From Rickettsiales bacterium (GTDB taxonomy: Bacteria > Pseudomonadota > Alphaproteobacteria > Rickettsiales > SXRF01), in the NCBI GenBank assembly GCA_025464625.1, contig JAOAUZ010000001.1:101183-165182 (forward strand): a stretch of DNA of 64,000 nucleotides. The letters are read 5' to 3'. The position numbers and the translations under genes were made by a program. Numbering within the stretch: the first letter of the stretch is position 1; every line of letters starts with the position of its first letter. Below the pieces are notes generated by a model. It was not told where the DNA came from and did not search any database. It was given only the letters and a program-made list of their open reading frames with translations. Shown here piece by piece: positions 8,457-17,516 of this stretch.

Positions 8457-10124
8457 CTAGTTTTTGGCGTGTGAAGAGGCGCTTGGGGCGATGGGAGGCA
8501 TTTCCCATCCGCGCTGCTTCACATGGTCAATCAATGCCAGCGGGTCGATGGTTAAATTGCTTGCCTTAGCCTGTTCATTCCACGCTTTAAGAACGTTTTT
8601 CTGCTCGGCAGTCAGCCCAGCTTCTATGCGTTTTGCTTCCTCAGCGTGCTGCGCAGTTATTTTTTCTGAATCATATTTTTCTATTTTGCCATAGGTCTTA
8701 TCCAGAACATAATCAACAGCTTTGTCACCACCCAGAGTTTCTCCTACAAGGGTTGCTGTAACGCTCCTTTGTAGGTTTGATTTACCGCCATTAGTCATCG
8801 CATCAGCAACATACATAGCATCTTTTATTGCTGAACCAGCAAAAAGAGCTGCTGGATGCCAAGCACCCACCGCTATACTACTAGCTTCTATAGCTGTTCC
8901 TGCGCCCTGTGCAACTGCTGCTCCGCGTTTGTCACTATTGCCTTCGTTATCCTTATGATCCCATAAATTTTTGGTGTGCATTGCGCCTTCCGTTGCAACC
9001 ACTGTACCGCCAACGATTCCCAGAGGTTTTGCAACAATCGAAAGAAGCTCTGCGACTGGTGCAAAAAACGCTTTGGTTGACGCCCACGCACCGCTAGGCG
9101 GAGTTGGTGCTTTAGGAGCGGGAGGCGCAGCACTCTGAACCGCAGTTGCTGTGTTTGTAGCCCCGCTAGTTGTTGCTGTTGGCGATGTTGTGGTTGAAGC
9201 TAGTGGCGGTTTGTTTGTTGGAGGTGTGGTGCTGGTCGCTGGTTGAGCAGTAGGAGTGATTTCACCAAATTCAGTGGCTGTGGTTGGTGCTTTTGAACCA
9301 GCGTTCATTGCTCTGGATCTTGCAGCAGCATCTGCGCGGGTGACATATTGGTCAAGCGGTTTAGCTGTGGAATCTGCTATATTCTTTTCTAAAACACCTA
9401 TTTGTTCGCGCATTGATTTGGCACTTTTCGCCAGATCATCTGCTTTTGGATCTAAGCCTTTCAGATTCCAAGCATCCTTCAACCTGCTTGGATTTACCAG
9501 ACGTTTTGAATCACGGCTCGCCTTTATTTTCTCTGCGTCTGCTTTCATCTTTGCAGCATCTTGTTCTGCTTTCTCAGCTGCTTCTTTCAGAGTTTTGAGG
9601 CGTTCTTGATTTTTAGCAAGCTCTTGCGCTGCTTTTATTTCGTCTTTGGGTGCGGGCTTGAAGTTGCCGTGTTCATCCACCGTTCCCAGAGTATTATTCC
9701 TGTTAGTGCGGATTTTATTTGCTGCATAAGCCCCGCCTGCACCAAGCACTGCGGTTGTTCCTATAGCGGCGGCTGCAACTCCTTCTCCTTTATCTTCAGG
9801 GTTGGGAGCGATACCAAGCGCTTCTTTTGCGCCGTTCCATAATTTTTTTGCACCGTCTGACAGTTTTTTACTTAGATCTTCCTTCTCTAAACCTAGCGTT
9901 TCACGAATTTTATCTCCCCAGCCACCATTGCCATCTTTGTCTTTTGTCCACTCATTCAGCTTGTCGCGGGCGGTATCACTGAAAGTAACAAGCGCAATCA
10001 CAGCCAGCGCGATGATGGCAAGCACTTTCAAGCCATTCCATAAAAAACTACCGACTTTGCTCAGGAATGATTTTTCCCTAGGCTGCGCGTAGTCATCTTC
10101 GTCATCATTACCAAATAGAGCCAT
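8457..10124 (-). CDS. Hypothetical N-terminally anchored protein, paralog A
   Basis: 555 aa. It begins MALFGNDDEDDYAQPREKSFLSKVGSFLWNGLKVLAIIALAVIALV (acidic tail plus TM). This is followed by a coiled-coil region, a P/T-rich linker (TSTTPPTNKPPLASTTTSPTATTS) and a G/A-rich C-terminal domain. Confidence 0.6.
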   Translation of the reverse strand: MALFGNDDEDDYAQPREKSFLSKVGSFLWNGLKVLAIIALAVIALVTFSDTARDKLNEWTKDKDGNGGWGDKIRETLGLEKEDLSKKLSDGAKKLWNGAKEALGIAPNPEDKGEGVAAAAIGTTAVLGAGGAYAANKIRTNRNNTLGTVDEHGNFKPAPKDEIKAAQELAKNQERLKTLKEAAEKAEQDAAKMKADAEKIKASRDSKRLVNPSRLKDAWNLKGLDPKADDLAKSAKSMREQIGVLEKNIADSTAKPLDQYVTRADAAARSRAMNAGSKAPTTATEFGEITPTAQPATSTTPPTNKPPLASTTTSPTATTSGATNTATAVQSAAPPAPKAPTPPSGAWASTKAFFAPVAELLSIVAKPLGIVGGTVVATEGAMHTKNLWDHKDNEGNSDKRGAAVAQGAGTAIEASSIAVGAWHPAALFAGSAIKDAMYVADAMTNGGKSNLQRSVTATLVGETLGGDKAVDYVLDKTYGKIEKYDSEKITAQHAEEAKRIEAGLTAEQKNVLKAWNEQAKASNLTIDPLALIDHVKQRGWEMPPIAPSASSHAKN

Positions 10125-10157
10125 GTATTTTCACTAAATTAGTTTAACTCACTATGA

Positions 10158-10213
10158 ATTATGCCATAAACGAGTAATTTTTGTGTGAAGATTTTGTGAC
10201 TTCATATGTGACA
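10158..10213 (-). promoter_or_regulatory. Conserved upstream block of paralog A
   Basis: ttatgccataaacgagtaatttttgtgtgaagattttgtgacttcatatgtgaca. The 34-bp core is identical to the block at 8382-8415. Confidence 0.5.
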
Positions 10214-10256
10214 ATTGCATTGTGTTCTAATATGCTGAATAATAAAGAAAAAATCT

Positions 10257-11606
10257 TTACATGCCGAATAATTGCCCTAGCCCACCGCGCATCATACCTT
10301 TTTTGCCCATTTTCTTGATTTTTTTCATCATATCCTGCATCTGCTGTTGTTGTTTCAGCAGTTTGTTCACATCCTGAACGGTAAGCCCAGAGCCTTTAGC
10401 GATGCGTATACGCCGAGAAGCGTTGATGAGTTTAGGGTGGGTGCGTTCTTTTGCCGTCATCGACAGGATAATAGCTTCCTGACGGGCAAGAATTTTGGGG
10501 TCAATCTTCGCATCCGCCATTTTTTCTTTGAGTTGCCCCATCCCCGGTAGCATTTTCATCATGCTGCCGATGCCACCCATTTTGTTCATTTTGCGGAGCT
10601 GATCCAATAAATCGTTGAAATCAAACTGACCCTCCATCATCCGCGCACCCATTTTTTCGGCTTCATCGGTGCTGATGGATTCGGCGGCTTTTTCTACCAG
10701 AGAAACAATATCGCCCATATCAAGGATGCGTGATGCAATGCGCGCTGGGTGGAATTCCTCAAACTCATCGAGCTTCTCGCCGATACCAATAAATTTAATC
10801 GGCTGACCTGTAACCGCGCGCATAGAAAGCGCAGCACCACCGCGCCCATCACCATCAACGCGGGTTAGGATGATACCTGTAACACCAACCTGTTCATGGA
10901 AGGTTTTGGCGATATTAACAGCATCCTGACCAGTGAGAGAATCAGCAACTAGCAAAGTCTCCAGCGGATTTGCCAGCTTCTTTACCGCTTTTAATTCCTC
11001 CATCAATGCATCGTCAATATGCAGCCTGCCTGCAGTGTCGAGCAATAATACATCATAACCTTCAAGGCGGGCAGCTTTCAGCGCACGGGCGGTTATCTCT
11101 AGCGGTTTTTCACCAGCAACAATCGGCAGTGATGCAATGCCAGCCTGTTTTGCCACTTGTTCTAATTGCTGTTGCGCGGCTGGGCGGTAAATATCCAGCG
11201 AGGCAACCAGAATTTTTTTGTTTTGTTTGTTTTTCAGGCGCAGAGCGAGCTTGCCTGTGCTGGTGGTTTTACCTGAGCCTTGCAAACCGACCATCATCAC
11301 CACAACAGGTGGTGTGGCAGCAAGGTTAATAGCTTGATGTTCGCTGCCGAGCAATTCCGCCAGATGGTCATTTACCAGCTTTATCACCATTTGTGCTGGT
11401 GAAACGCTGGCGATAACTTCTGCACCTAACGCTTTGGTTTTTAATGAGGCGATAAAATCTTTGACAACAGGCAGGGCAACATCGGCTTCCAGCAAGGCAA
11501 TGCGGATTTCGCGCATGGCGGAATCAATATCTGCCTCCGACAGCACACCACGCTTGCGTAGACCACTAAAAATACCAGTGAGTTTAGAGGAAAGGGATTG
11601 AAACAT
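10257..11606 (-). CDS. ffh: Signal recognition particle protein Ffh
   Basis: 449 aa with GLQGSGKTT, DTAGR and a Met-rich C-terminal M domain. Confidence 0.95.
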   Translation of the reverse strand: MFQSLSSKLTGIFSGLRKRGVLSEADIDSAMREIRIALLEADVALPVVKDFIASLKTKALGAEVIASVSPAQMVIKLVNDHLAELLGSEHQAINLAATPPVVVMMVGLQGSGKTTSTGKLALRLKNKQNKKILVASLDIYRPAAQQQLEQVAKQAGIASLPIVAGEKPLEITARALKAARLEGYDVLLLDTAGRLHIDDALMEELKAVKKLANPLETLLVADSLTGQDAVNIAKTFHEQVGVTGIILTRVDGDGRGGAALSMRAVTGQPIKFIGIGEKLDEFEEFHPARIASRILDMGDIVSLVEKAAESISTDEAEKMGARMMEGQFDFNDLLDQLRKMNKMGGIGSMMKMLPGMGQLKEKMADAKIDPKILARQEAIILSMTAKERTHPKLINASRRIRIAKGSGLTVQDVNKLLKQQQQMQDMMKKIKKMGKKGMMRGGLGQLFGM

Positions 11607-11621
11607 TACCTTATGACCACG

Positions 11622-11909
11622 CTAAAATCTCAGTGCGACTTGGAGCAGAACATCCTGAAGGAAAGTTATCAGCAAAATGACTACGATAGGCGAAACATCA
11701 AACCCGCCTAAATCAGGAAGTCTTTTCTGTATAGGTTTGAGAACAGGTTCGCACAGCTTATCAAGAGCGAACATTAGCTTTTGCACAATCGGTTGATAGG
11801 AATTTACTATTTTGAAGGATATCAAAGTGCTGAGAATAGTCCACGCGATGATTATAACAAGATATATCTGTAATATAGAGTTTATCAGATGAACTACTGG
11901 ATAAAGCAT
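11622..11909 (-). CDS. yggT: YggT-family membrane protein
   Basis: 95 aa with the pattern ...CEPVLKPIQKRLPDLGGFDVSPIV typical of YggT. Confidence 0.7.
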   Translation of the reverse strand: MLYPVVHLINSILQIYLVIIIAWTILSTLISFKIVNSYQPIVQKLMFALDKLCEPVLKPIQKRLPDLGGFDVSPIVVILLITFLQDVLLQVALRF

Positions 11910-11994
11910 GTAGAGCCTATTTACTTTGTTTATGATTAGTTGTTTATATTAGACTTTTATATATTTACTAGCAAAATTTATTAAATAAAAATTT

Positions 11995-12702
11995 ATGGAT
12001 AACATTAAAACTTGTGCATTTATCTTCGCCCGTGGTGGGTCTAAGGGCGTACGCGGGAAAAATATCCGCGAACTTGCGGGCAAGCCAATGATTTCTTACG
12101 CAATTGATGCTGCAAAAAACAGTAAATATGTAAGTCGTGTTATTGTCTCAACGGATAGTGAGGAAATAGCAACAGTCGCCAGAAAATATGGTGCGGACGT
12201 GCCGTTCATGCGTCCAAGTGAACTGGCGACTGACGACAGCCCTGAATGGCTTGCGTGGCAACATGCTATAGGGCAGGCTAGAAATTTATACGGGAAAGAT
12301 TCTTGCCCAATTTTTGTTAGTGTTCCTGCTACTTGTCCACTGCGAAAAACGGAGGATATTGATAATTGCATCGAAGCTCTGATTGCCGATAAAAACGCTG
12401 ATATGGTGATTACGGTCACAGCATCGCACAGCAACCCTTATTTTACGATGATAATGCATGACGTGGAAGGCTATGCCTCGCTTGCAGCAAAACCACCAGT
12501 TCCTGTCGCCCGCCGTCAGGATGCACCGAAAGTTATGGATATTGTTGGTGTTGCTTATGTCGTTAAACCAGAGTTTATTTTTAATTCCACCAGTATGTGG
12601 CAGGGCAAGGTAAAAACTGTAGAAGTGCCACAGGAACGCTCGCTTGATATTGACACGGAACATGATTTTCTGGTGGCTGATTTGTTGATGAAAAATGGAT
12701 AA
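11995..12702 (+). CDS. Acylneuraminate (nonulosonate) cytidylyltransferase family protein
   Basis: 235 aa. IFARGGSKGVRGKNIRELAGKPMISY...VSTDSEEI...RPSELATDDSP matches the CMP-NeuAc/Pse/Leg synthetase fold signature. Confidence 0.8.
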   Translation: MDNIKTCAFIFARGGSKGVRGKNIRELAGKPMISYAIDAAKNSKYVSRVIVSTDSEEIATVARKYGADVPFMRPSELATDDSPEWLAWQHAIGQARNLYGKDSCPIFVSVPATCPLRKTEDIDNCIEALIADKNADMVITVTASHSNPYFTMIMHDVEGYASLAAKPPVPVARRQDAPKVMDIVGVAYVVKPEFIFNSTSMWQGKVKTVEVPQERSLDIDTEHDFLVADLLMKNG

Positions 12703-12703
12703 A

Positions 12704-12778
12704 TTGTCATTCCGAACGAATGTGAGGAATCTTTGCAAAATTAAAGAAAAGATCCCTCGGCTACGCTCGGGATGACAA
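12704..12778. repeat. PE-A palindromic element
   Basis: ttgtcattccgaacgaatgtgaggaatctttgcaaaa...gatccctcggctacgctcgggatgacaa. It contributes a spurious upstream ATG (12772) to the next ORF. Confidence 0.85.
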
Positions 12779-12789
12779 AGGACAAAAAT

Positions 12790-13569
12790 ATGAACCCAGT
12801 GCGACTTATTGCTCGCCTTGATATTAAAGGCGAAAATCTGATTAAAGGTATACAGCTGGAGGGACTCAGGGTTATTGGCAATCCGTGGGAATATGCCACT
12901 GGCTATTATAATGATGGCATTGATGAACTGATTTATATGGACACGGTTGCCAGTCTTTACGGGCGAAATAATCTTTCTTCGATTGTTGAATATACCTGCA
13001 CCAATATTTTTGTGCCGATGACGGTTGGTGGCGGAATCCGCAGCTTGCAGGATGTAGAAAAAATGCTGCGGGCAGGGGCGGATAAAGTGGCGATTAATAC
13101 CGCGGCAATTCATAACCCAAAAATTATTTCTGAAGTGGCAAAGGTTTTTGGCGCGCAGTGCATGGTGCTTTCTATTGAAGCAAAAGCGCAGGGTGAAGGA
13201 AAGTGGGAAGCCTATAGTGACAATGGGCGGGAGCGCAGTGGAAAATCAGTGGTTGAATGGGCAAAACAAGCAGTGGAAATGGGGGCTGGAGAAATACTTG
13301 TTACCTCTGTTGACCGTGAAGGAACAAGGCGTGGCTTTGATGTTGCACTGGTACGGGCGGTGACGGACGCGGTGTCTGTTCCTGTTATTGCATCTGGTGG
13401 TATGGGAAATACGCAGCATTTAGTTGAGGTAGTAAAACAAGGAAATGCCAGTGCAGTGGCGATGGCGGATATACTCCATTATCGGCGTGCTACGCTTAAA
13501 GACATTCGCTCTGAAGCGAGCAAGGCGGGAATAAAAGTGCGTATGCCAGAGGTAAAAATAGATGCCTGA
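12790..13569 (+). CDS. HisF-like cyclase subunit, glycan-amidation associated (WbuZ-like)
   Basis: IARLDIKG...GGGIRS...ADKVAINTAA...VTSVDREGT...IASGG, a HisF (beta/alpha)8 signature. Its context with the HisH-like and WbuX-like genes supports the call. The start was moved to the ATG at 12790, outside the repeat. Confidence 0.8.
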   Translation: MNPVRLIARLDIKGENLIKGIQLEGLRVIGNPWEYATGYYNDGIDELIYMDTVASLYGRNNLSSIVEYTCTNIFVPMTVGGGIRSLQDVEKMLRAGADKVAINTAAIHNPKIISEVAKVFGAQCMVLSIEAKAQGEGKWEAYSDNGRERSGKSVVEWAKQAVEMGAGEILVTSVDREGTRRGFDVALVRAVTDAVSVPVIASGGMGNTQHLVEVVKQGNASAVAMADILHYRRATLKDIRSEASKAGIKVRMPEVKIDA

Positions 13570-14287
13570 AACAGTTACTATTGTTGATTATGGTGTGGGA
13601 AATCTGCGCAGTGTGGCGCGGGCGTTTGAGCATGTAGGAGCGCAGGTGGAGGTGACTTCTGATGCGCAGAAAATTATGCAGGCAGATCGCTTGATTTTGC
13701 CGGGGGTTGGTGCATTTGGGCATTGCATGGAAGAATTACATAAACGGCAATTGATAGAACCAATTTTGAAATTTGCTGCAAGTGAGAAACCGTTTCTTGG
13801 TATCTGCGTTGGGATGCAGATTATGCTTAGTGTTGGTGAAGAATTCGGCGAACATAAAGGGCTGGGGTTGATTTCTGGCAGGGTGCAAAGTTTGTCATCG
13901 CGAGCGAAGCGTGGCGATCCATCTTTATTGCGCTCAAGTGCCGCTTTGGCTGGCTGGATTGCCACGTCGGCTACGCCTCCTCGCAATGACGAAAATATTA
14001 ATTGTAGTAAGCGTATATTACCAGTTATCGGCTGGATGATTCTTAAGAAAACAGGGGATTGGCAGGGAACAATTTTTAGTGGTACTGCGGAAGGAAGTTC
14101 AGTTTATTTTGTTCACTCATTCGAGGCTAATCCTGACGATAAAACAGTGCGACTCGCCGAATATGAATATGACGGACTAAACATAACTGCTGCAATTGCT
14201 AAAAATAATCTTGTTGGGGTTCAGTTCCACCCAGAAAAAAGTGGTCTAGTAGGAATTAATATACTTAGACAATTTATGTTGCTGTGA
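13562..14287 (+). CDS. HisH-like glutamine amidotransferase subunit (WbuY-like) with an in-frame repeat insertion
   Basis: IVDYGVGNLRSV, GICVGMQ (catalytic Cys) and VQFHPEKS. At 241 aa it is about 35 aa longer than typical HisH because of the element at 13892-13992. Confidence 0.8.
   Translation: MPETVTIVDYGVGNLRSVARAFEHVGAQVEVTSDAQKIMQADRLILPGVGAFGHCMEELHKRQLIEPILKFAASEKPFLGICVGMQIMLSVGEEFGEHKGLGLISGRVQSLSSRAKRGDPSLLRSSAALAGWIATSATPPRNDENINCSKRILPVIGWMILKKTGDWQGTIFSGTAEGSSVYFVHSFEANPDDKTVRLAEYEYDGLNITAAIAKNNLVGVQFHPEKSGLVGINILRQFMLL
13892..13992. repeat. Palindromic element (PE-A-related subfamily) inserted in frame in the hisH-like CDS
   Basis: ttgtcatcgcgagcgaagcgtggcgatcc...ggattgccacgtcggctacgcctcctcgcaatgacga. 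It encodes about SSRAKRGDPSLLRSSAALAGWIATSATPPRNDE between conserved HisH blocks. Confidence 0.75.
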
Positions 14288-14321
14288 TTTATTAATATGT
14301 TAATGGTGTTCGAGTAAAGAC

Positions 14322-14386
14322 AAGATCCCTCGACAAGCTCGGGATGACAGAATTTGTCATTTCGAGCGCAGCGAGAAATCTTTGCA
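14322..14386. repeat. PE-A arms in swapped order (right arm then left arm)
   Basis: aagatccctcgacaagctcgggatgaca gaat ttgtcatttcgagcgcagcgagaaatctttgcag. Confidence 0.7.
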
Positions 14387-14410
14387 GTATATCATTAAGA
14401 GAAATAAAAC

Positions 14411-15592
14411 ATGAAACGTGCGATTCAAAAATTATACAACCTCCCAGAAAAAGTGGTGTTCTGTAAAAAATGTACCATGTCTAACCAGCGTCCACGCATC
14501 ACTTTTGATGCAGAAGGTGTATGCTCGGCTTGTAATTATGCAGTGTTCAAACATACGCTTGATTGGGAAAAACGTGAAGATGAACTCTCTGCGCTTTGCG
14601 ATCGCTTTAGACAAAAATCAGGATATGATGTCCTCGTTCCTTGCAGTGGCGGGAAAGATGGCGGGTTTACTGCACATTATTTGAAGGCTCGGCATGGGAT
14701 GAAGCCACTTACCTGCACTTGGGGCGCGAATCTTTACACTTCTATTGGTTGGGAGAATTTAGAGAATTTTATTTCTATCGGCGGGTTTGATAATGTTCTG
14801 GGTCGTCCTAGCGGGCAGGTGAACCGTAAGCTGACGCGGCTTGCTTTTGAACATATGGGTGACCCATTTCAGGGATTTATTTACGGGCAGGCGAATTTTC
14901 CGTTGCGCGCTGCTTTGCAGAATAATGTGCAGCTTATTATGTATGGTGAAAATGGCGAAGTGGAATATGGCGGGGATATGAAAAACGCCTATAAACCAAC
15001 GCGCGATATAACAGATTATAACAAGCATTATTTTTCAGGAATTCCACCTGAACAATGGAGCAAGCACGGCATTAGCGAGCGCGATCTTGAGCTTTATATG
15101 GGTCCGCCTGCTGCTGATGTTCGCAAGGCGGGCATTGAAATGCATTTTATGGGTTATTATAAAATGTGGGATCCGCAGGAAAATTTTTATTACTGCGTGG
15201 AGCATAATGGCTTTAAGCCAAACCCAGAGCGCAATGAAGGTACATACTCAAAATATGCCAGCATTGACGATAAAATCGATGGATTTCATTATTATTTGGC
15301 GTATATGAAATTTGGCATTGGGCGTGCTACTTCTGACACTGCCCACGAAATACGCGATGGGAAAATTACCCGTGAAGAGGGCATCGCGCTGGTCAAAAAA
15401 TTTGATGGAGAATTTCCACGCCGTTACCACAAAGAATTTTTGGAATATTGCGATATGACAGAAGCAGAGTGCGAGCAGATTCTTGATAGCTGGCGGGCGG
15501 AACATATTTGGGAGAGACGTGGGCATAATGGCGCGTGGGAGCTAAAAAATCCGATATACTCTACTGGTGCGGACAATCTGCTTGCGGGGTGA
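14411..15592 (+). CDS. N-acetyl sugar amidotransferase (WbuX/WbpG/PseA-like, PP-loop)
   Basis: 393 aa. The N-terminal zinc ribbon is CKKCTMSNQRP...GVCSACNY and the PP-loop is VPCSGGKDGG. Confidence 0.8.
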   Translation: MKRAIQKLYNLPEKVVFCKKCTMSNQRPRITFDAEGVCSACNYAVFKHTLDWEKREDELSALCDRFRQKSGYDVLVPCSGGKDGGFTAHYLKARHGMKPLTCTWGANLYTSIGWENLENFISIGGFDNVLGRPSGQVNRKLTRLAFEHMGDPFQGFIYGQANFPLRAALQNNVQLIMYGENGEVEYGGDMKNAYKPTRDITDYNKHYFSGIPPEQWSKHGISERDLELYMGPPAADVRKAGIEMHFMGYYKMWDPQENFYYCVEHNGFKPNPERNEGTYSKYASIDDKIDGFHYYLAYMKFGIGRATSDTAHEIRDGKITREEGIALVKKFDGEFPRRYHKEFLEYCDMTEAECEQILDSWRAEHIWERRGHNGAWELKNPIYSTGADNLLAG

Positions 15593-15601
15593 CAGATAAA
15601 A

Positions 15602-16840
15602 ATGAAAATTTTGCTGGTAGCGTATGGTGGTGGGCATGTGGCGGCACTTGCGCCAGTTGCGAGAAAACTGGAAAATTCTGGGCATGAGGTGGTTTTTCTT
15701 GCACTAACTACGGCTAGGCAATATCTCGAAAAACGCGGGATGCAATCAAATATAAAAGTAATGGGATTTAAAGATTTATTGTTTCTGGCAGAGCAAAATG
15801 CACTTGAGCTAGGCGAAAAATTAGCTGCAGAACTTCCTGAAAATAACGCTGTATCACACGAAGAATCTGTTGCCTATCTGGGCATATCATTTTCTGATTT
15901 AGTGGCTGAAAAAGGCTTGATTGAAGCTGAAAAATTATACGATGAGCATAAGCGACAAGCATTTCTTCCCGTGCGTACCATGCGCACAGCATTTGAATAT
16001 TATAAACCAGATGTTGTTGTTGCAACCAATTCTCCGCGCGCAGAACGGGCAGCTATTATTGCTGCTGGTGAGATGAATATCCCATCAATATGCTTAGTGG
16101 ATCTTTTTGCTTTGCAGGAGAGGCAATGGATAGGTGTGGCTGGCTTTGCCAATAGAATTTGTGTGTTAAATGATGCAGTGAAAGAGATGTTTTTAGAGTG
16201 TGGCAGGGGTGATGATGAAGTTGTGGTGACTGGTAACCCTGCTTTTGATGTTTTACTTACCGATGAGGCGCGGGAAAAAGGTAGAAAAATGCGTAGCCAG
16301 CGCGGGTGGGATGATGGCAAAATAAATATATTATTTGCCTCGCAACCAGAGCCTGAACACCATCCATTTAATGATAAAATAGGTAATCCTGCGCTGCCTG
16401 ATGACATTGAAAATTCTTTGCGTTCGTTTGTTACAAATAATAATGGATTCAGGCTGATTGTACGCTATCATCCCAGCCAGAACAGCGTTTTTAGAGATGG
16501 AAAGAACGTTGAATTTAGCCCAAGCAGTGATGAAATATCTGCTGTGCTACACGCGGTGGATATTGTGGTGACGATTACTTCTACGGTTGCGATTGAAGCG
16601 CATATATTAGAAAAACCTGTTATTACCGTTGATATATCAATATTCAGTGCCGATGCTCCTTATGCAAAAATGGGAATTTCTGTTGGTGTTGATTCGTTAG
16701 AGGAATTACATGATGTAATTTTGGAACAGGCTAAATTATTAAGCAACGGGCATGTAAATAAACCTCATAAAAAACAAGAAATTGTTTGTGCAAGTGATAG
16801 GGTGGTGGAGGTTATTGAGGCGTTAGGTATTAGGCAGTAG
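15602..16840 (+). CDS. GT-B-fold enzyme of unresolved specificity (2-epimerase / TagF / sialyltransferase-like)
   Basis: 412 aa. It has an N-terminal MKILLVAYGGGHVAALAPVARKL Rossmann start, VVVTGNPAFDVL and LIVRYHPSQ (an HP motif). Confidence 0.4.
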   Translation: MKILLVAYGGGHVAALAPVARKLENSGHEVVFLALTTARQYLEKRGMQSNIKVMGFKDLLFLAEQNALELGEKLAAELPENNAVSHEESVAYLGISFSDLVAEKGLIEAEKLYDEHKRQAFLPVRTMRTAFEYYKPDVVVATNSPRAERAAIIAAGEMNIPSICLVDLFALQERQWIGVAGFANRICVLNDAVKEMFLECGRGDDEVVVTGNPAFDVLLTDEAREKGRKMRSQRGWDDGKINILFASQPEPEHHPFNDKIGNPALPDDIENSLRSFVTNNNGFRLIVRYHPSQNSVFRDGKNVEFSPSSDEISAVLHAVDIVVTITSTVAIEAHILEKPVITVDISIFSADAPYAKMGISVGVDSLEELHDVILEQAKLLSNGHVNKPHKKQEIVCASDRVVEVIEALGIRQ

Positions 16841-16847
16841 GTGGCTC

Positions 16848-16919
16848 TTGTCATTTCGAGTGCAACGAGAAATCTTTGCAAGAATAATGAAAAGATTCCT
16901 CGACAAGCTCGGAATGACA
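16848..16919. repeat. PE-A palindromic element
   Basis: ttgtcatttcgagtgcaacgagaaatctttgcaag...gattcctcgacaagctcggaatgaca. Confidence 0.85.
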
Positions 16920-16932
16920 GGATTGTTGGAAG

Positions 16933-17514
16933 ATGGGAATAAAAATGTATAGCTATATAAAACGTTTTTTAGATATTATCATTAGCTTTGCTATATTGCT
17001 GTTTGTATTTCCTTTACTGCTTGTGCTTATGCTATGTATCATGGTGGAAACTTCTGGTTCGCCTTTGTTTATGCAAACACGAATTGGAAAAAACGGTAAA
17101 CCATTTACACTGATAAAATTACGCTCTATGGTAAAGAATGCCTCACAAATTGGTTCTTTTCAGACTTCTGCGGGTGATGCGCGTATTACCCGTGTTGGGC
17201 GGTTTTTGCGGATGACCAGCTTAGACGAATTACCACAAATGTGGAATGTGCTTATTGGTGATATGAGTCTTATAGGTCCGCGCCCAGAAACGCCACAGCA
17301 AGAATCATTATATACAGCAAATGATTGGCAACTTCGCCATATTGTTAAACCCGGAATAACAGGGCTGGCGCAGGTTAGTGGGCGGAGCAGCCTTTCACCA
17401 GAACAACGCCTTAAATTTGATCTTGAATATGCCACTAACCATAATTTTATGATGGATATTAAAATTGCAATTAAAACTTTATTGATTGTGGTGACGGGCA
17501 GGGGCGTGAATTAA
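16933..17514 (+). CDS. Undecaprenyl-phosphate sugar phosphotransferase (small PglC/WbaP-C type)
   Basis: 193 aa. It has an N-terminal re-entrant hydrophobic helix, KLRSM, DELPQ and GPRPE motifs. An alternative start lies at 16945. Confidence 0.85.
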   Translation: MGIKMYSYIKRFLDIIISFAILLFVFPLLLVLMLCIMVETSGSPLFMQTRIGKNGKPFTLIKLRSMVKNASQIGSFQTSAGDARITRVGRFLRMTSLDELPQMWNVLIGDMSLIGPRPETPQQESLYTANDWQLRHIVKPGITGLAQVSGRSSLSPEQRLKFDLEYATNHNFMMDIKIAIKTLLIVVTGRGVN

Positions 17515-17516
17515 AA

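Noticed and set aside
12286-13113. 275-aa minus-strand ORF
   Set aside because: It runs antisense across the 3' end of the NeuA-like gene, a PE-A repeat and the 5' end of the HisF-like gene. Both sense genes have strong family signatures, so it is an artefact.
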